Shown: one piece after another, positions 25,301-32,903 of the stretch
Position numbering within the stretch: position 1 is the stretch's first letter
Layout of the letters: every line of letters begins with the position of its first letter
Source: a virus
Strand: one strand, 5' to 3'
DNA length: 44,073 bases
IMG/VR virus record: IMGVR_UViG_3300045988_151777
Coordinates: 1 to 44,073 of that record
Translations under genes and position numbers: made by a program
The notes under the pieces: generated by a model
Databases searched by the model: none
The model's input: only the letters and a program-made list of their open reading frames with translations
What the model was told of the DNA's origin: nothing

Positions 25301-26289
25301 AAGGCTTCCGGAATGCTCTTCACCTTGTCCACGCCGTGCAAGCCGCTTGCCTTCAGAATGCCGGCGGCATCACGCACGGTACGGATGGCGTTACTCGGGT
25401 TGAGGCGGATAGGTGCCGCCAGGGCTGCCACGGCATCGAACGCCCCCACGACGGCCGCGCGCTTCTTCCCCTTTTCGTAGGTCTCGGCCATGTCGTCCGC
25501 CTGCAGGGCCGTACGCATGGCGTCAGGGTTCTGCAGGTCAATCCCCTTTTCCTGCATAGCTTTGATCAGGTAATTGCCCAACTCGTTGTCGTAGGAGCCC
25601 TTAAACATCGTCGCCATCTGGACAGCACGGGCGGCCGACGTCAGGCGCGCCGCACCCAACAAACCGCCGCCGGCGGCCGACAAAGCCATGTAGGGGGCAA
25701 TGGCACCAAGCGAAGACGTGCCGAGATACAAGGCCGAGCTCAACGGATCCGCGGCCATCTCAGTCAAGGCCGTTCCGAGCCCGCTCCAAAAACCCTTGCC
25801 CTTGGCCTTCTGGGATGCGTTCTGAACCGCCAAGGGCGTTACATACTCCTTGTCCTTCTTTGCTAAATCTGCGTACTCGTAGATTGCCTTGTCGCGCGCG
25901 GCCGCCTGCTTTTCCTTGTAGTCCCGGTTCGCCTGCGTATCGCGAGAAAGCAGTTCCTTCACGGACTCGTCTTCGTCATCATCCACCAACGCAGAAAGCC
26001 CGGCCTGAGCTGCCTGCTCAGCCTCATAGGCTGCCGTCGCCGCACGGGACTTCTGCAGCCCGTGGTAGCCGCCTTCAAGGCCGTTCATCAGGCGCTCCGT
26101 GACGCTCATCTGCTCCCACGTCGGCACCTCGCCCTGCGGGTTCGGAGAGCGCAGCACCGCTTTGGCCGTGGCCGGGGTATCGGTAAAACGCATCGTCGGC
26201 AACTGTCCGGCCGGCGTCACAGCCTGAGACGCACGCAGCCCATCGTCTTCGGCTTCCATATCGGAAAGAATCTTTGCGTAATCAGTCAT
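16333..26289 (-). CDS. Giant internal virion (ejected) protein, gp16-position, polyvalent multi-domain (3,318 aa)
   Basis: Uninterrupted 9,957-nt ORF between gp15-like and fibre genes. HESAH zincin motif at aa 2069-2073 (nt 20071-20085). AYHGSPFKFDRF...HGYGLYFA block at aa 1759-1791. Hydrophobic C-terminal helices. Confidence 0.8.
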   Translation of the reverse strand: MTDYAKILSDMEAEDDGLRASQAVTPAGQLPTMRFTDTPATAKAVLRSPNPQGEVPTWEQMSVTERLMNGLEGGYHGLQKSRAATAAYEAEQAAQAGLSALVDDDEDESVKELLSRDTQANRDYKEKQAAARDKAIYEYADLAKKDKEYVTPLAVQNASQKAKGKGFWSGLGTALTEMAADPLSSALYLGTSSLGAIAPYMALSAAGGGLLGAARLTSAARAVQMATMFKGSYDNELGNYLIKAMQEKGIDLQNPDAMRTALQADDMAETYEKGKKRAAVVGAFDAVAALAAPIRLNPSNAIRTVRDAAGILKASGLHGVDKVKSIPEAFGMARSATPTSRGGMWGYNLENHLTQAGLQGVLGGAGEALGSLAAGDEINWADVLFEAIGELTSAPVEVVSMSASVNAAYNAQQQQAQAAKVLGENMQRVTAAVAAMGTQVKDGQTIAEWANDVGQDKSVFSFAQDLVDAGVPDKIRQAAPELAARIETAAQNKSDVAIPVSDVVKLAATDEAAANSLLYESRVDADGMSPRQAEDFMKNGKQEAVAAFDKIVKDTKPDAEMRKAIDTEVAAIRKQLIDAGTAEDVADLQTRPWASWLAIRAKQTGLSPKEIMGKMNLRIRRQQSQTPAFQQQLSTAMPSEAAVKKGDYPNPRFARQWADFAEAKKNSRYFERAVAAMKTIPGVKGAVGRVRNAGKASERIIDFMADNLVWLYDKMPAAERERAKLWYDGGNKTARVWAQRYGLRLRQVAAVIAIFSPQNGWFNNMTNAERLFDIYFSARREKPSAEMQTALKTLCESDKKVSFDEIKGKSLEELIQADQMRGAALWVRAYDAVTNPSTYNVLTPEGGVGGLASVPGGQGKPAKAFFFNPQSIADALSVIVDGSVDNIYDKIGTQFKVRDFYNNLYDPSNAKAATIDTHAVGADTLTIQSSNSQPVQDNFGAVGNKTSGQNGTYPLHFEAYRRAAERVGLSPREIQSITWEAVRVLFEPNRKRVLRSVVDDIWKEFDAGKISADEARQKIFDAAGGLSKLSWQDTPFNDRITETYDRSGVTLYDDVRQPEPEPVLTMEAAPDPNNAEAVAQWNELSPADKLAVTREIVPWLLERVAEQTHAHIGEPELQRGGYLGDPNYSILCRIADGGDYVKVGRLLASYLRQDSVMAISQTNGEGMFTSKVIRIQLPDGFTEAQVDDLYRNHIDQIRDSNGERLIMGQSTAGGVMMLSVGAENIEAIKAGLNSIVEGYGDQMVYRVSDAYTGFLEPYSEEEKTNARNDTGRSGGVRQETSAGYDADLQSETDKRLAQAIKAKIASRPRGFGQSGVYTAGTGGVRSVDERSAEGGVRGTRSPGESGQRFEGGIVRESDVPTTAEYGEKGRPNAVRVLGIHMSAVNRPSLNSRYYGTGLKGQELKRLTKTGPLSDVYSRIYFYLDTGKGIIPEEGVGREAHSIWLNNIYDLDEDPLGLLAKGRKESSNDDWAFTWTEHFIKAAGFDGYIVHHFGRGGAVCLLGDQHDNVRPQYQGRVQALNAAAVTSAHGRQIERKLDPYKVPGKIMIQLQKLAQDPSNGIKHNFPYITWTEADDALVHEVFPDADNALATGFFQSSENAFTPDEELLRKAVDNFGTTDNIDEAFYILPDGTMLDGSGRHWGLEEQDVNGRQVDHADVAEVMDTSGVQAMYDFMARTGAMRIDSAHGVASISRPPTPAQLGILENSSKGNYLALSYNTPEGRIVDDTEFDSASPEEIGTFFAEAEEKAALGIAGAYAQTAYHGSPFKFDRFTLDHIGAGAGTQQHGYGLYFAMNRKTAESYRDALAGGGEYTVNGKPVSRNLESADMEDLAATWVLREMPGTQKHPKPAQVKRAAETAIKRLNEDTERGQVDKATSSKLRNELAKIYQQPKDYSIEYTPSTEGRVYRTEIPDSDVLLSEEAAMVDQPVVVRKALQNLAFDLVAEGMDDLDKGTTSPRADARNKVIELIGKDSTEGRDVYSWLTAYAGGSKEASELLNLYGIKGLEYFSEPDGNCAVIWDDTALKILNILEQPEQSGTRGSMMPSNAGDVRPGEGGVMTLMESADKSTFLHESAHAWLDADTMLAQDIADKVLAGGELTDGERAFLTNLGGFFRWGQQEGVLDLGVTDDLKTVAAAVRAWAAMPINDQRGMHELFAEGFESYLLEGVSPNAEMKTIFGRFKKWLMDIYAQATRQPHPISPEVRKLYDLMFATEQQAMETQQKLGMRALFDGEIGKRLGMTDEELAAYNALNEEATQEAEGLIAKAVHGVLRIYGNIRRKEARRILRERRDEVNKRTDEILEEPRFRALSLLTHGLKSEDGTTSRMTIELKPLSRCGIDAETAQLLMDRGWVTEGRGVSPEVLANTAGTTDVVGLIGDLLELKSMNDAKTEAIKSVAYKVRIEGGMNPDAFDELQSNLAAHNETRSRFITAEFNALARALGKRQLMVSAAREYAVEQIGNMKLSDIRPGTFMNAERRCAAMAEQAMRKADFGACLEAKRGQVLNHEMARAALETLDRYQRGVRMAKRAMKSKTVHPAYKKLILALLDAHSVASMTAKEREDFGKLAADPAQLQELIKEVEDAGTPIEGLQRFIDSHEHAKDMTGYDSQDFFSVLKQLETLGRNVYNQNLAEELGRIDEIVKEGKEAIKEAADRQGRDVIENERVPFTRWERWRDNVHQFLLNHVKIQSWCRIFDQNQSGGFFWNLFIRSANERSTFENSMRAKVSKTLAEKLAPVFKKSQDEDPVIIPGFSKPLTHGQRIAVALNCGNDSNRQRLVDGDCRFTDEALQAIFATLTEADWRGVEAVWQQFEELRPLIAEKEKRVFGTEPEWIDYQPFMVKTAEGKIIQVSGGYYPVKFDPRGSNRAAKYADANDVRQEMQGAYQSATTRRSFTKSRAQGDVHMPLRIDLAALYEGFNDVIHDLAWHEWLIETKRVLDGVNGRDSGLRQAIKERYGYLVAKQFEDWRKDIATGGRDSADSWVNRMAANVGVATMGFSVTSAFVQLTGIGYVIPRVGIAPVMTAVGKFISDPVGLHRAITKKSEAMRLRGLTQNREIAQVRNRLESGKHWFKDHSYVMMTIMQNIVDSIAWQAAYERYTREGNSEDKAIAMADQVVIDTQSSGNVSDLSAIERSQGARLFTVFYSWMNAALNMGVVEAMGENDRAKAAARLLFMGAVMPVLESLFREALQAHDSDDDDDEDWTKQWLRKPLGAVVEYHLGLFLGLREVSSTAKSLIAGEPLFGYNGPAGTRMIANTANAMQAATDPLSWRGLKALVDIAGSLTGAPSTQINRTIKGVRAIESGQAEGVDAVLAPLFGFSGKIDE
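22230..22496 (-). CDS. Embedded alternate-frame ORF (88 aa) inside the giant ORF
   Basis: GAGGA lies 8 nt before ATG 22496, and a second ATG is at 22487. Hand-counted GC3 is about 64 percent here, against about 42 percent for the giant frame over the same bases. The K/E/Q-rich sequence looks protein-like, while the giant frame reads G/R/S-rich. Confidence 0.45.
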   Translation of the reverse strand: MREMTPEEAAEFDKKHPLGTMLIFSPKQTSAWHKRLKQKSQAAQEASDSQGYTPQEQAVYDRWTNDLPKAVFAEHDRRAKAAKDSKAE

Positions 26290-26300
26290 AGTTTTCTCGG

Positions 26301-28439
26301 TTATTTACGGACAAGGCGGGCGTTCAAAAGAGCGCGCGCAATCGTGTGTTGATCCGGTTCGGCGCCGTTGTGGGACGCCTGATAGGCCTGGCGTATCTGT
26401 TGTACTTCAGACACCGGCGCAGCATTGATGAATTGACTCTCCCCTGGGAACGGCCGCCGTGGATTGAGGAAGCACGTAATCAGGAATTCCGAGCGATCCA
26501 AGTCTTTCGGTTCCGGATAGCCCGTCGCCTTAAGGGCCGCGTCGGCCATGTCGCGCACGCCCTTGTCATTCCAAAACGATTCCTTACTGAGGAAATCGGC
26601 CACCTTGTAGTCCGACTTCCAAAGCGTCCCAATGGTGGTGAATTGCGTTTGAACCGCGGCAACCACTTCCTTACGAATTCGCTCATCGTCCCATCCCTTT
26701 CCGAAGTCCGTGTTCACCTTGTCAATCACGCTGTCGGCAATGGCACGGGAGATTCGGGAGTAGAACGCCTTGTCGGTCTTGCCTTCAGGCTTAAGCCCCT
26801 GGCGCTCTAGGGCGTCCTCCACGGACTTAATCACTGTCGCCGAGTTGTCCTTCGTGCCCGCCCCTTGTTCGAGCATCACCTTTCGGTTCGCCAAGGTGTC
26901 GAAGTCCTTGGGCGTGAAGCTACCGGCCATGGCATAAAGGTCGGCCCATTCGGTGTTCTTCAGTTTCTCGTTGTCGTACGCGAGGCTGTAGAAAAGGGCG
27001 CTGTCCGTCGTGAAACTATTGAGTCGGCGACGGCGGGAATACTCAGCCATACCGGCTCGCTGGGGATCTGACAGACCTTCCATCTGAGCCGCGGGAATGT
27101 CCTCAATATCCGTGCCGGCGTGAAGGTTGGTGAACACCTGAGCCGCCCGCTGGTTGCGTTCCTCCCGTTCCACACGGTTGGCGTACTGCCGCTGCTCGAA
27201 AATAGTTTTCGTCACTTTTTCGACCGTGGCCGGATCCAGATCAGGGTTGGCCTCAATCACCTGCATTCGGATCGTGTCCTTGTCTCCGGAACGGACGGCT
27301 TCAATCGTGTTTCGGTAGCGGGCCAGGGCGACTTTCTGCTGCGGGTTCAAGGCCTCTTCCAGCGGGTTTTGCTGCTGCAGTTTGGCGACGGCGGCCTGAT
27401 CCCCGCGTTCCTGAGCGTCGAAAACCTCCCGCGTCCAGTTATCCACGAGTTCCTTCGCCTTCTCCGCCCCAAGCAGATATGCCGCCGGCGCCCATTCCGG
27501 ACGGCCGGCATCAGAGACAAGATTCGTCGCCTTACTGAAATCCTTGGGGTCAAAGTCCTTCCCTGTGGCCGGCGCCAGGCGGGACTTCGCCACGGATTCC
27601 GGAGACAGAGAATTAACCGTCTGCGTCGCGGCCTGAGCTGCCGTTGCAGCGGCCGCTTTCTTCTGTAGCGCGTCACGGATCAACGGCTGCACCTTCAGGA
27701 CGTCGTAGGCCGTGAGTTTGTTCCCGCGGTAATGCCGCAAAACGGCCTGCGCCTGTTCGGGGTTGTCGTTTGCCAAAAGGGTCTTGATCCCGTCCACAAT
27801 GGCGCCGCTCACGCCGTCGGCAATCCCCTTCTTAATCGACTCTTCTGGTTCCCCGCGATGGATCGTGCGGTAGGCGTCCTCGTACGTCTTGGCGTTTTCT
27901 TCGACACTGCGAATGTCGGACGGGTTGACCGTGATTGTTTCGGCCGCTATGGATCCGGACGTCTTGGCCGTCTCCTTCTGGTAGGCGTCCGCCTCCTTCA
28001 CCATGTGGTTCGTCAACTCCAGTTGCCGGTCGGCGCGGTAGCGTTTCAGGCGATCCGTCAGCAAACCGCGCTGGTACTGGTCTAAGTTCTGGATCCGGTC
28101 ACCGATGATCTTGCTGATCTCGTCGTCGTAGTGCTTCACAAACGGGCCGTCCTGGCGCTCCACAACGTCGGTGCCGGTCTGATGCAAGGCACCGCCATCA
28201 CCGTTCATGAGGTCGTTCACCTGGATCTGAATGTCGTTCATGGCCGCATCAGCGCGGGCCTTGGACATCCGTTCGTAGGCGTCGTTGGTAGCCCTCAAAA
28301 ATTCGTTGGAAGCCTCCATGGCCTGCGCGGCCGCCTTCTTCGCCACGGCATCGCCGCCGGTCTTCAAAAGCCCTGCGGCCTCACCCTGCGGCATGGTCGG
28401 GTTGACCCGCGGCCCATCGGGCATCGGAACTATTGCCAT
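26301..28439 (-). CDS. Internal virion protein (gp15-position, 712 aa)
   Basis: Size and position match the T7-like order. It is a helical, charged sequence. Confidence 0.65.
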   Translation of the reverse strand: MAIVPMPDGPRVNPTMPQGEAAGLLKTGGDAVAKKAAAQAMEASNEFLRATNDAYERMSKARADAAMNDIQIQVNDLMNGDGGALHQTGTDVVERQDGPFVKHYDDEISKIIGDRIQNLDQYQRGLLTDRLKRYRADRQLELTNHMVKEADAYQKETAKTSGSIAAETITVNPSDIRSVEENAKTYEDAYRTIHRGEPEESIKKGIADGVSGAIVDGIKTLLANDNPEQAQAVLRHYRGNKLTAYDVLKVQPLIRDALQKKAAAATAAQAATQTVNSLSPESVAKSRLAPATGKDFDPKDFSKATNLVSDAGRPEWAPAAYLLGAEKAKELVDNWTREVFDAQERGDQAAVAKLQQQNPLEEALNPQQKVALARYRNTIEAVRSGDKDTIRMQVIEANPDLDPATVEKVTKTIFEQRQYANRVEREERNQRAAQVFTNLHAGTDIEDIPAAQMEGLSDPQRAGMAEYSRRRRLNSFTTDSALFYSLAYDNEKLKNTEWADLYAMAGSFTPKDFDTLANRKVMLEQGAGTKDNSATVIKSVEDALERQGLKPEGKTDKAFYSRISRAIADSVIDKVNTDFGKGWDDERIRKEVVAAVQTQFTTIGTLWKSDYKVADFLSKESFWNDKGVRDMADAALKATGYPEPKDLDRSEFLITCFLNPRRPFPGESQFINAAPVSEVQQIRQAYQASHNGAEPDQHTIARALLNARLVRK

Positions 28440-28454
28440 CTGTCACACTCCTCA

Positions 28455-29054
28455 CTAACCCCAGGTCGAGGGATATTCGTCGGACGCTGCAGCGTTTGTA
28501 GATCCGCCGGTGTCCTCTGCCGGCGCGTTGCGGGACGCCTGATCCACGTAGTAGCCGGCCACCTTCGTGATTCCGGTAAGCAGACTGTCGGCCGCCACCA
28601 GACCTGAATTAGACTTGTTGCCGCCCGCAGCGATGCTCGCCTGATACTGAGCCGTTGCCTTGCTCATGTAGCCCATGGCTGCATTGAGGCCGTTGGCGTA
28701 GGCCGTGTTGGCGTCCTGCTGCTTATAGAGGTCGGTCGTCGCCAAAATCTCTTTGCTGGATCCGTACCCAATGGCGATACCGTTGGCGGCCATAGCGACG
28801 CGCTGCTTGCTCTTTAAGCGCCCGTACTGGCCCGTGATGTTGGCGATATTGCGGTTCGAGGCGGCAAGCGCTGCCTGCGCCTGAATCGTTGCCCGCTGCT
28901 GATTGATCTCGGCGATACGCTGCTGTATCCGCGACAGTTCCGTCGCTGAGCGTGACGCCTGATAACTGGTAAAAATGCTGCCGACGGCCTGAATCGCGGT
29001 GCCCCAAAGCCCCGCGGTCTGGACGGTCGTCAAGCCTGTGGATTCTCCGGCCAT
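28455..29054 (-). CDS. Internal virion protein (gp14-position, 199 aa)
   Basis: Position after tail tube B. A/G/Q/S-rich with a hydrophobic N-terminal segment. Confidence 0.6.
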   Translation of the reverse strand: MAGESTGLTTVQTAGLWGTAIQAVGSIFTSYQASRSATELSRIQQRIAEINQQRATIQAQAALAASNRNIANITGQYGRLKSKQRVAMAANGIAIGYGSSKEILATTDLYKQQDANTAYANGLNAAMGYMSKATAQYQASIAAGGNKSNSGLVAADSLLTGITKVAGYYVDQASRNAPAEDTGGSTNAAASDEYPSTWG

Positions 29055-29098
29055 TGTTGCCCCCGTGGTAATGCCGGCATTTCACAACGCCACAGGGG

Positions 29099-29113
29099 CC
29101 AACAACTGCACTA
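29099..29113 (-). promoter_or_regulatory. Conserved late-region motif, copy 3 (short form TAGTGCAGTTGTTGG)
   Basis: 12-nt core at 29100-29111 abutting the TAG stop of tail tube B. It lies 44 nt upstream of the next ATG. Confidence 0.5.
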
Positions 29114-31795
29114 CCCGCCGAGCTGCATATTGGCGGCGATGCTGAGAATGGTCAGAGGAAGCGGCGACTTCTGCTTGACGGACACCGCTCCGGAATCACT
29201 CCATTCGGGCTGCAGGTCAATACTCAGGCCGCCCGTCACCGGATCCGGGGCAGAACCAAGCGACTCGGTCGTGCGCTGCCGGAACTCGACCTCTTCACCG
29301 TCTTCCGGCCCGATAAAGATGCCGCTCGACCGGTACACGCGCATGAATACCGAGTTGACGTTCTTGGTAACCGAACCGCCGTCGGATCCGTCCTTCATCG
29401 GAATCGTCACCGGCAACGTGCAAATTTCAGCGTCAATTGGCAAGCCCACCTGGACTACAGAGGCTTCGGCGTCAAGTGTGATCTTGCCGTCCTTCACGAC
29501 TTTCTGATTCATCTCGGCCCCGTCGGCCAAAACACTGACGGTCTTTCCTTCAAGCCACGTGAGGCCGCTGATCGTCTTCGTCGGCTGCCCCGAATACGTA
29601 CCGCCACAGTCCACAAAGAAAGCATCTGCGTCGTTATCTTTCTCGCGCTCCCCCATGCGCTCAATAAATCGGTGAGTTGCCCCGTTAATCTGGCGGCGTA
29701 CCACACAATAGACCGCATCAATCTTGTCCTCGGCCACCGCCGCCACAGACTCGAAAGCACCGTCCGTCGTGTGTTCGTGCCAGGCTCCGATCTGCTGATC
29801 CGGAACGTAAGTGAGCCCCAGCAGCTTTCCGGAAGAACTGACGAACCAACCAATTGGGTACGGCGCCTTGGAAAAGGCCCCGTCAATCACCTCGTAGCTG
29901 TCAAAGAGGTGCGCCGCCCGGATACTCACGTCGCCCGTCACGTAGCCGCCGGCGTTGTAGTTGTAGCCCAGTTCCCGGATATGCCCCCCGCGTGCGGCCG
30001 CATAGAGCACGGTGTTGTTCACAATCAACGGTTGCACCATATTGGAACCGACAAAGGACTGGCTTTTGAGTTGCACCGACTCTGGCGTGATGGCGTCAGA
30101 GTTGACTGACGTCACCACCCATTCCCCAGCCTCCGTGAATACAAGCAGGCGATTAAGAGGCACCAGGTGGAAAATCTCGTGGCGTTCACGGCTGGCGATT
30201 TTGAAAGACACTCGGTCATCGTCACGCACCGGAATGGAGTAGGAAAAGTCGCTGTCCGTCCCCGTTCGTGTCATCCAGATACCCTGAGGTTCCGTTGTCG
30301 TTGCCGCAAAAACGCGACGCTGCTCAAAGTACGTCACGCACTGAGGATAATCGTTCGCCTTGCCGACGGTGGCCCTAGCTGTTGCACCTGATCCGCCGGA
30401 TTTACTGCCGTCAATGTGAACGACAGGATTGGTGTATCCTGAGCCTGGTTTCTTGACTACGATTCCAATAATTTTGCCGTTTTCAGTTAAGGCCGCAAGC
30501 TCGGCCCCCGATCCAGTAGGGTCGGTGACATAGACGATAGGGGCGGTGTCATGGGCCAAGACGGCGGGAAAATAGTAGTCGCACCTTTCTCCTTTAGAGC
30601 CACACGCCAAACTTGCGTGAAATTGGGCTCCCTCCGTATAGCCTTCCCCGCGAGATGTGAGGGAAACGCCCGTCAGGTAAGCGTCCAACCACGTGCCAAA
30701 GACCATATTGTTGTTTACGTAAGTTAGGCGCCCTTTCCCTCCGGAGCCGCTGCCTTCGATAGTTCCATCAACGTAAAACACTTTATCAAATGTTGGGTTG
30801 GGGTAGGGAATACCTTGCTTGTCGTCATGATGGAATTTTTCAGCGGCTAAGTTTACGGATACGGTTTTTCCGTTAGATCCGACGATTCGTCCTTTTTGCG
30901 AAATATATAAAACGCTTCGCAATGAACCATACCCGCTCCCGCCATTCGTTACCGTCACCGACGTAATGCCTCCACTCGAATGGAAAAGCTCGTCCACACG
31001 CGGCGGAGTGAATTCGGCGTTAGGGGCAATGTTGTCATCAATGATGCTTTGTTCCTCAGTCTCACCAATGTAAGCGTAGATGCCGCCTTCATTGCGATAG
31101 ACGCGGTAGAACATCGCCCCTGCCACGGCATCCCATGAAATCTGAATGGTGGTACCTGTGTTATAAATGTTGGCAGTACAGGAAACTATCGAACTTCGCT
31201 GAGATTGAATCGTGCGGTCGGCATTGAGAGCCGTCACGCAGTACTTGAAGGTGTACTTGTCGGCGTTGATTTCGTTTTCGGCCGATGTCGCCTTAATCGC
31301 ATTCACGTTTTTCGGCGCCGCTAAGGCCGGATTGAAATCAATCTTCTTGAATCGCCAGTCTCGTACGCTGTAGCGTCGCAATTCCGTCGGCGGGTAACCC
31401 CGATGCGTAATTGTCAGAATGTCGGCCGACTGCACGTAATGAAGCGCCATCACATCGTCTGCGTCATACTGAGAGGCAATCTCATATGGCTCTGTTCCCG
31501 CTGCGTTCTTGAGCGTAGCTCCTTGCGTATGGAACCGGACGTACTTGTGGCCGAACTCAAGAATCATCGTCTGGTCTCGGGAGAACGTGAACGGGATCAG
31601 CCTCACCCGCTTGTCCGGGTACTTGGCCTCGGCCACATACGCAAACCCCGGACGGTTTTGGACGGCCCCCTGGGGCAGGCAGATAAAGTTCCGGCAAACC
31701 TTTAAGCCGGCCTGATACTTGGGGTCATCGCTACGGCCCAACATCATCGGGCCCATGATGCCGCCGGCGAAACTCTTCTGATTGACTACGGTCAT
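29111..31795 (-). CDS. Tail tubular protein B / nozzle (gp12-like, 894 aa)
   Basis: The N-terminus KSFAGGIMGPMMLGRSDDPKYQAGLKVCRNFICLPQGAVQNRPGF is typical of podovirus nozzle proteins. It follows the gp11-like gene. Confidence 0.75.
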   Translation of the reverse strand: MTVVNQKSFAGGIMGPMMLGRSDDPKYQAGLKVCRNFICLPQGAVQNRPGFAYVAEAKYPDKRVRLIPFTFSRDQTMILEFGHKYVRFHTQGATLKNAAGTEPYEIASQYDADDVMALHYVQSADILTITHRGYPPTELRRYSVRDWRFKKIDFNPALAAPKNVNAIKATSAENEINADKYTFKYCVTALNADRTIQSQRSSIVSCTANIYNTGTTIQISWDAVAGAMFYRVYRNEGGIYAYIGETEEQSIIDDNIAPNAEFTPPRVDELFHSSGGITSVTVTNGGSGYGSLRSVLYISQKGRIVGSNGKTVSVNLAAEKFHHDDKQGIPYPNPTFDKVFYVDGTIEGSGSGGKGRLTYVNNNMVFGTWLDAYLTGVSLTSRGEGYTEGAQFHASLACGSKGERCDYYFPAVLAHDTAPIVYVTDPTGSGAELAALTENGKIIGIVVKKPGSGYTNPVVHIDGSKSGGSGATARATVGKANDYPQCVTYFEQRRVFAATTTEPQGIWMTRTGTDSDFSYSIPVRDDDRVSFKIASRERHEIFHLVPLNRLLVFTEAGEWVVTSVNSDAITPESVQLKSQSFVGSNMVQPLIVNNTVLYAAARGGHIRELGYNYNAGGYVTGDVSIRAAHLFDSYEVIDGAFSKAPYPIGWFVSSSGKLLGLTYVPDQQIGAWHEHTTDGAFESVAAVAEDKIDAVYCVVRRQINGATHRFIERMGEREKDNDADAFFVDCGGTYSGQPTKTISGLTWLEGKTVSVLADGAEMNQKVVKDGKITLDAEASVVQVGLPIDAEICTLPVTIPMKDGSDGGSVTKNVNSVFMRVYRSSGIFIGPEDGEEVEFRQRTTESLGSAPDPVTGGLSIDLQPEWSDSGAVSVKQKSPLPLTILSIAANMQLGG

Positions 31796-32412
31796 ACTCT
31801 TAACCCTCGCTTCTTAGTCCACGTGGCGCGCAGATATAAGTCCTTGCGGCGTTGCTTCATGTCGAAGTGCACGGCGGCCGCCAAAATCGTCTGATACTGC
31901 TTCTCAAGATTCACCGCCACCTGCTGCCCCGGCGTCCCCTTGATGATGTTTCCGGAAAGGCGTATCGCGAGTTTGAACGCCACGGCCTGGCAGAACTGTT
32001 CCGGGAAGAGAGACGTGTTTGTGACGCGGACCAGATAGCGGCAGACGGCCCCCGGAAGGTCTGTGAGGATGAGGCTCACCCCGGATTCCTGGTCGGCCTC
32101 CACAATGAATTCGTGCGGGTGTTCAAAGTATCTGTCGTCTTCCGAAACGACGGCCACAATGCTCACGGCATCCGCCGGCCGAACATAGCCGAACTGCCAC
32201 CCGAAGAGGTCGGTGCGCAAAACAGCTAAGTTGGCCCGCCGGCACGCAAAGCTCCAGTCGTGAGCCTCAAGCACCAAGTTCCGGGCAATCGAATACTCTC
32301 GGGCACACACCTCCGCAAAGCGGCCGCCTTCAACCGGCGAAATACTGGCTATGTCCGCACGGCATCCCAGGAGCGACAAGGCGGTGTTGCAAATATCTAC
32401 TTCAGTCGCCAT
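31792..32412 (-). CDS. Tail tubular protein A / adaptor (gp11-like, 206 aa)
   Basis: The MATEVDICNTALSLLG...HDWSFA pattern is typical of podovirus adaptor proteins. ATGA overlap with the nozzle gene. Confidence 0.7.
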   Translation of the reverse strand: MATEVDICNTALSLLGCRADIASISPVEGGRFAEVCAREYSIARNLVLEAHDWSFACRRANLAVLRTDLFGWQFGYVRPADAVSIVAVVSEDDRYFEHPHEFIVEADQESGVSLILTDLPGAVCRYLVRVTNTSLFPEQFCQAVAFKLAIRLSGNIIKGTPGQQVAVNLEKQYQTILAAAVHFDMKQRRKDLYLRATWTKKRGLRV

Positions 32413-32423
32413 TTAATTCTCCA

Positions 32424-32450
32424 TACGAAAACAGGGGCGCGAAGCCCCTG
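32424..32450 (-). terminator. Rho-independent terminator after the capsid/cement genes
   Basis: The mRNA reads CAGGGGC-UUCGC-GCCCCUG followed by UUUUCGU. Confidence 0.7.
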
Positions 32451-32474
32451 CGGTTGCTCATGGCGAGCGGTCTA

Positions 32475-32891
32475 TCACTGGAAGGTCGTGTCTTCCGTGT
32501 GAATGATCTGCTGCGCGTCGAGGCTCGTCGTGATGCCGGCCGTGATCTTGCCGGCGGCCACCGTGCCGTTCACGGTGTAGACGAGTTTCAGGTAGCGACG
32601 GTGCTCGAGCGGCATCGGGATAACCGCCTTCGCAAACTTCGTCGCTACTACGGCCGCCGAAGCGCCTACCGTGGCGAAGGTGCCGGATGCCGTGTCGCAG
32701 TCCTGCAGCTCGACCTTAATCGTGCCGGTACCAGTGAAGTCCGTCGTCGCGATGGCGATGGCATAGAGGTTCATGGCACCGTTAAGCGCCGGCGTCAAAA
32801 TCGCCTGACCGCAGTCAAGCACATTGGTTCCCGAAGCCGTGGCGGTAACCGCCTGGTTTTCGGAGAACATCAAATCATTGTCGAAAAGCAT
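32475..32891 (-). CDS. Capsid cement/decoration protein (Bbp16-like)
   Basis: MLFDNDLMFSENQAVTATASGTNVLDCG... resembles the Bbp16-family cement proteins found next to BPP-1-type capsid genes (recollection only). Confidence 0.6.
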   Translation of the reverse strand: MLFDNDLMFSENQAVTATASGTNVLDCGQAILTPALNGAMNLYAIAIATTDFTGTGTIKVELQDCDTASGTFATVGASAAVVATKFAKAVIPMPLEHRRYLKLVYTVNGTVAAGKITAGITTSLDAQQIIHTEDTTFQ

Positions 32892-32903
32892 TTCGTGTCC
32901 TCC

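Noticed and set aside
16333-26289. N4-like or crAss-like virion RNA polymerase as the identity of the giant ORF, which would explain the repeated motif as its promoter
   Set aside because: - I could not find T7/N4-type polymerase motifs or a DxDGD-type metal site by eye.
- The acidic runs present are simple D/E linkers.
- This remains only a formal possibility that should be tested by profile search.
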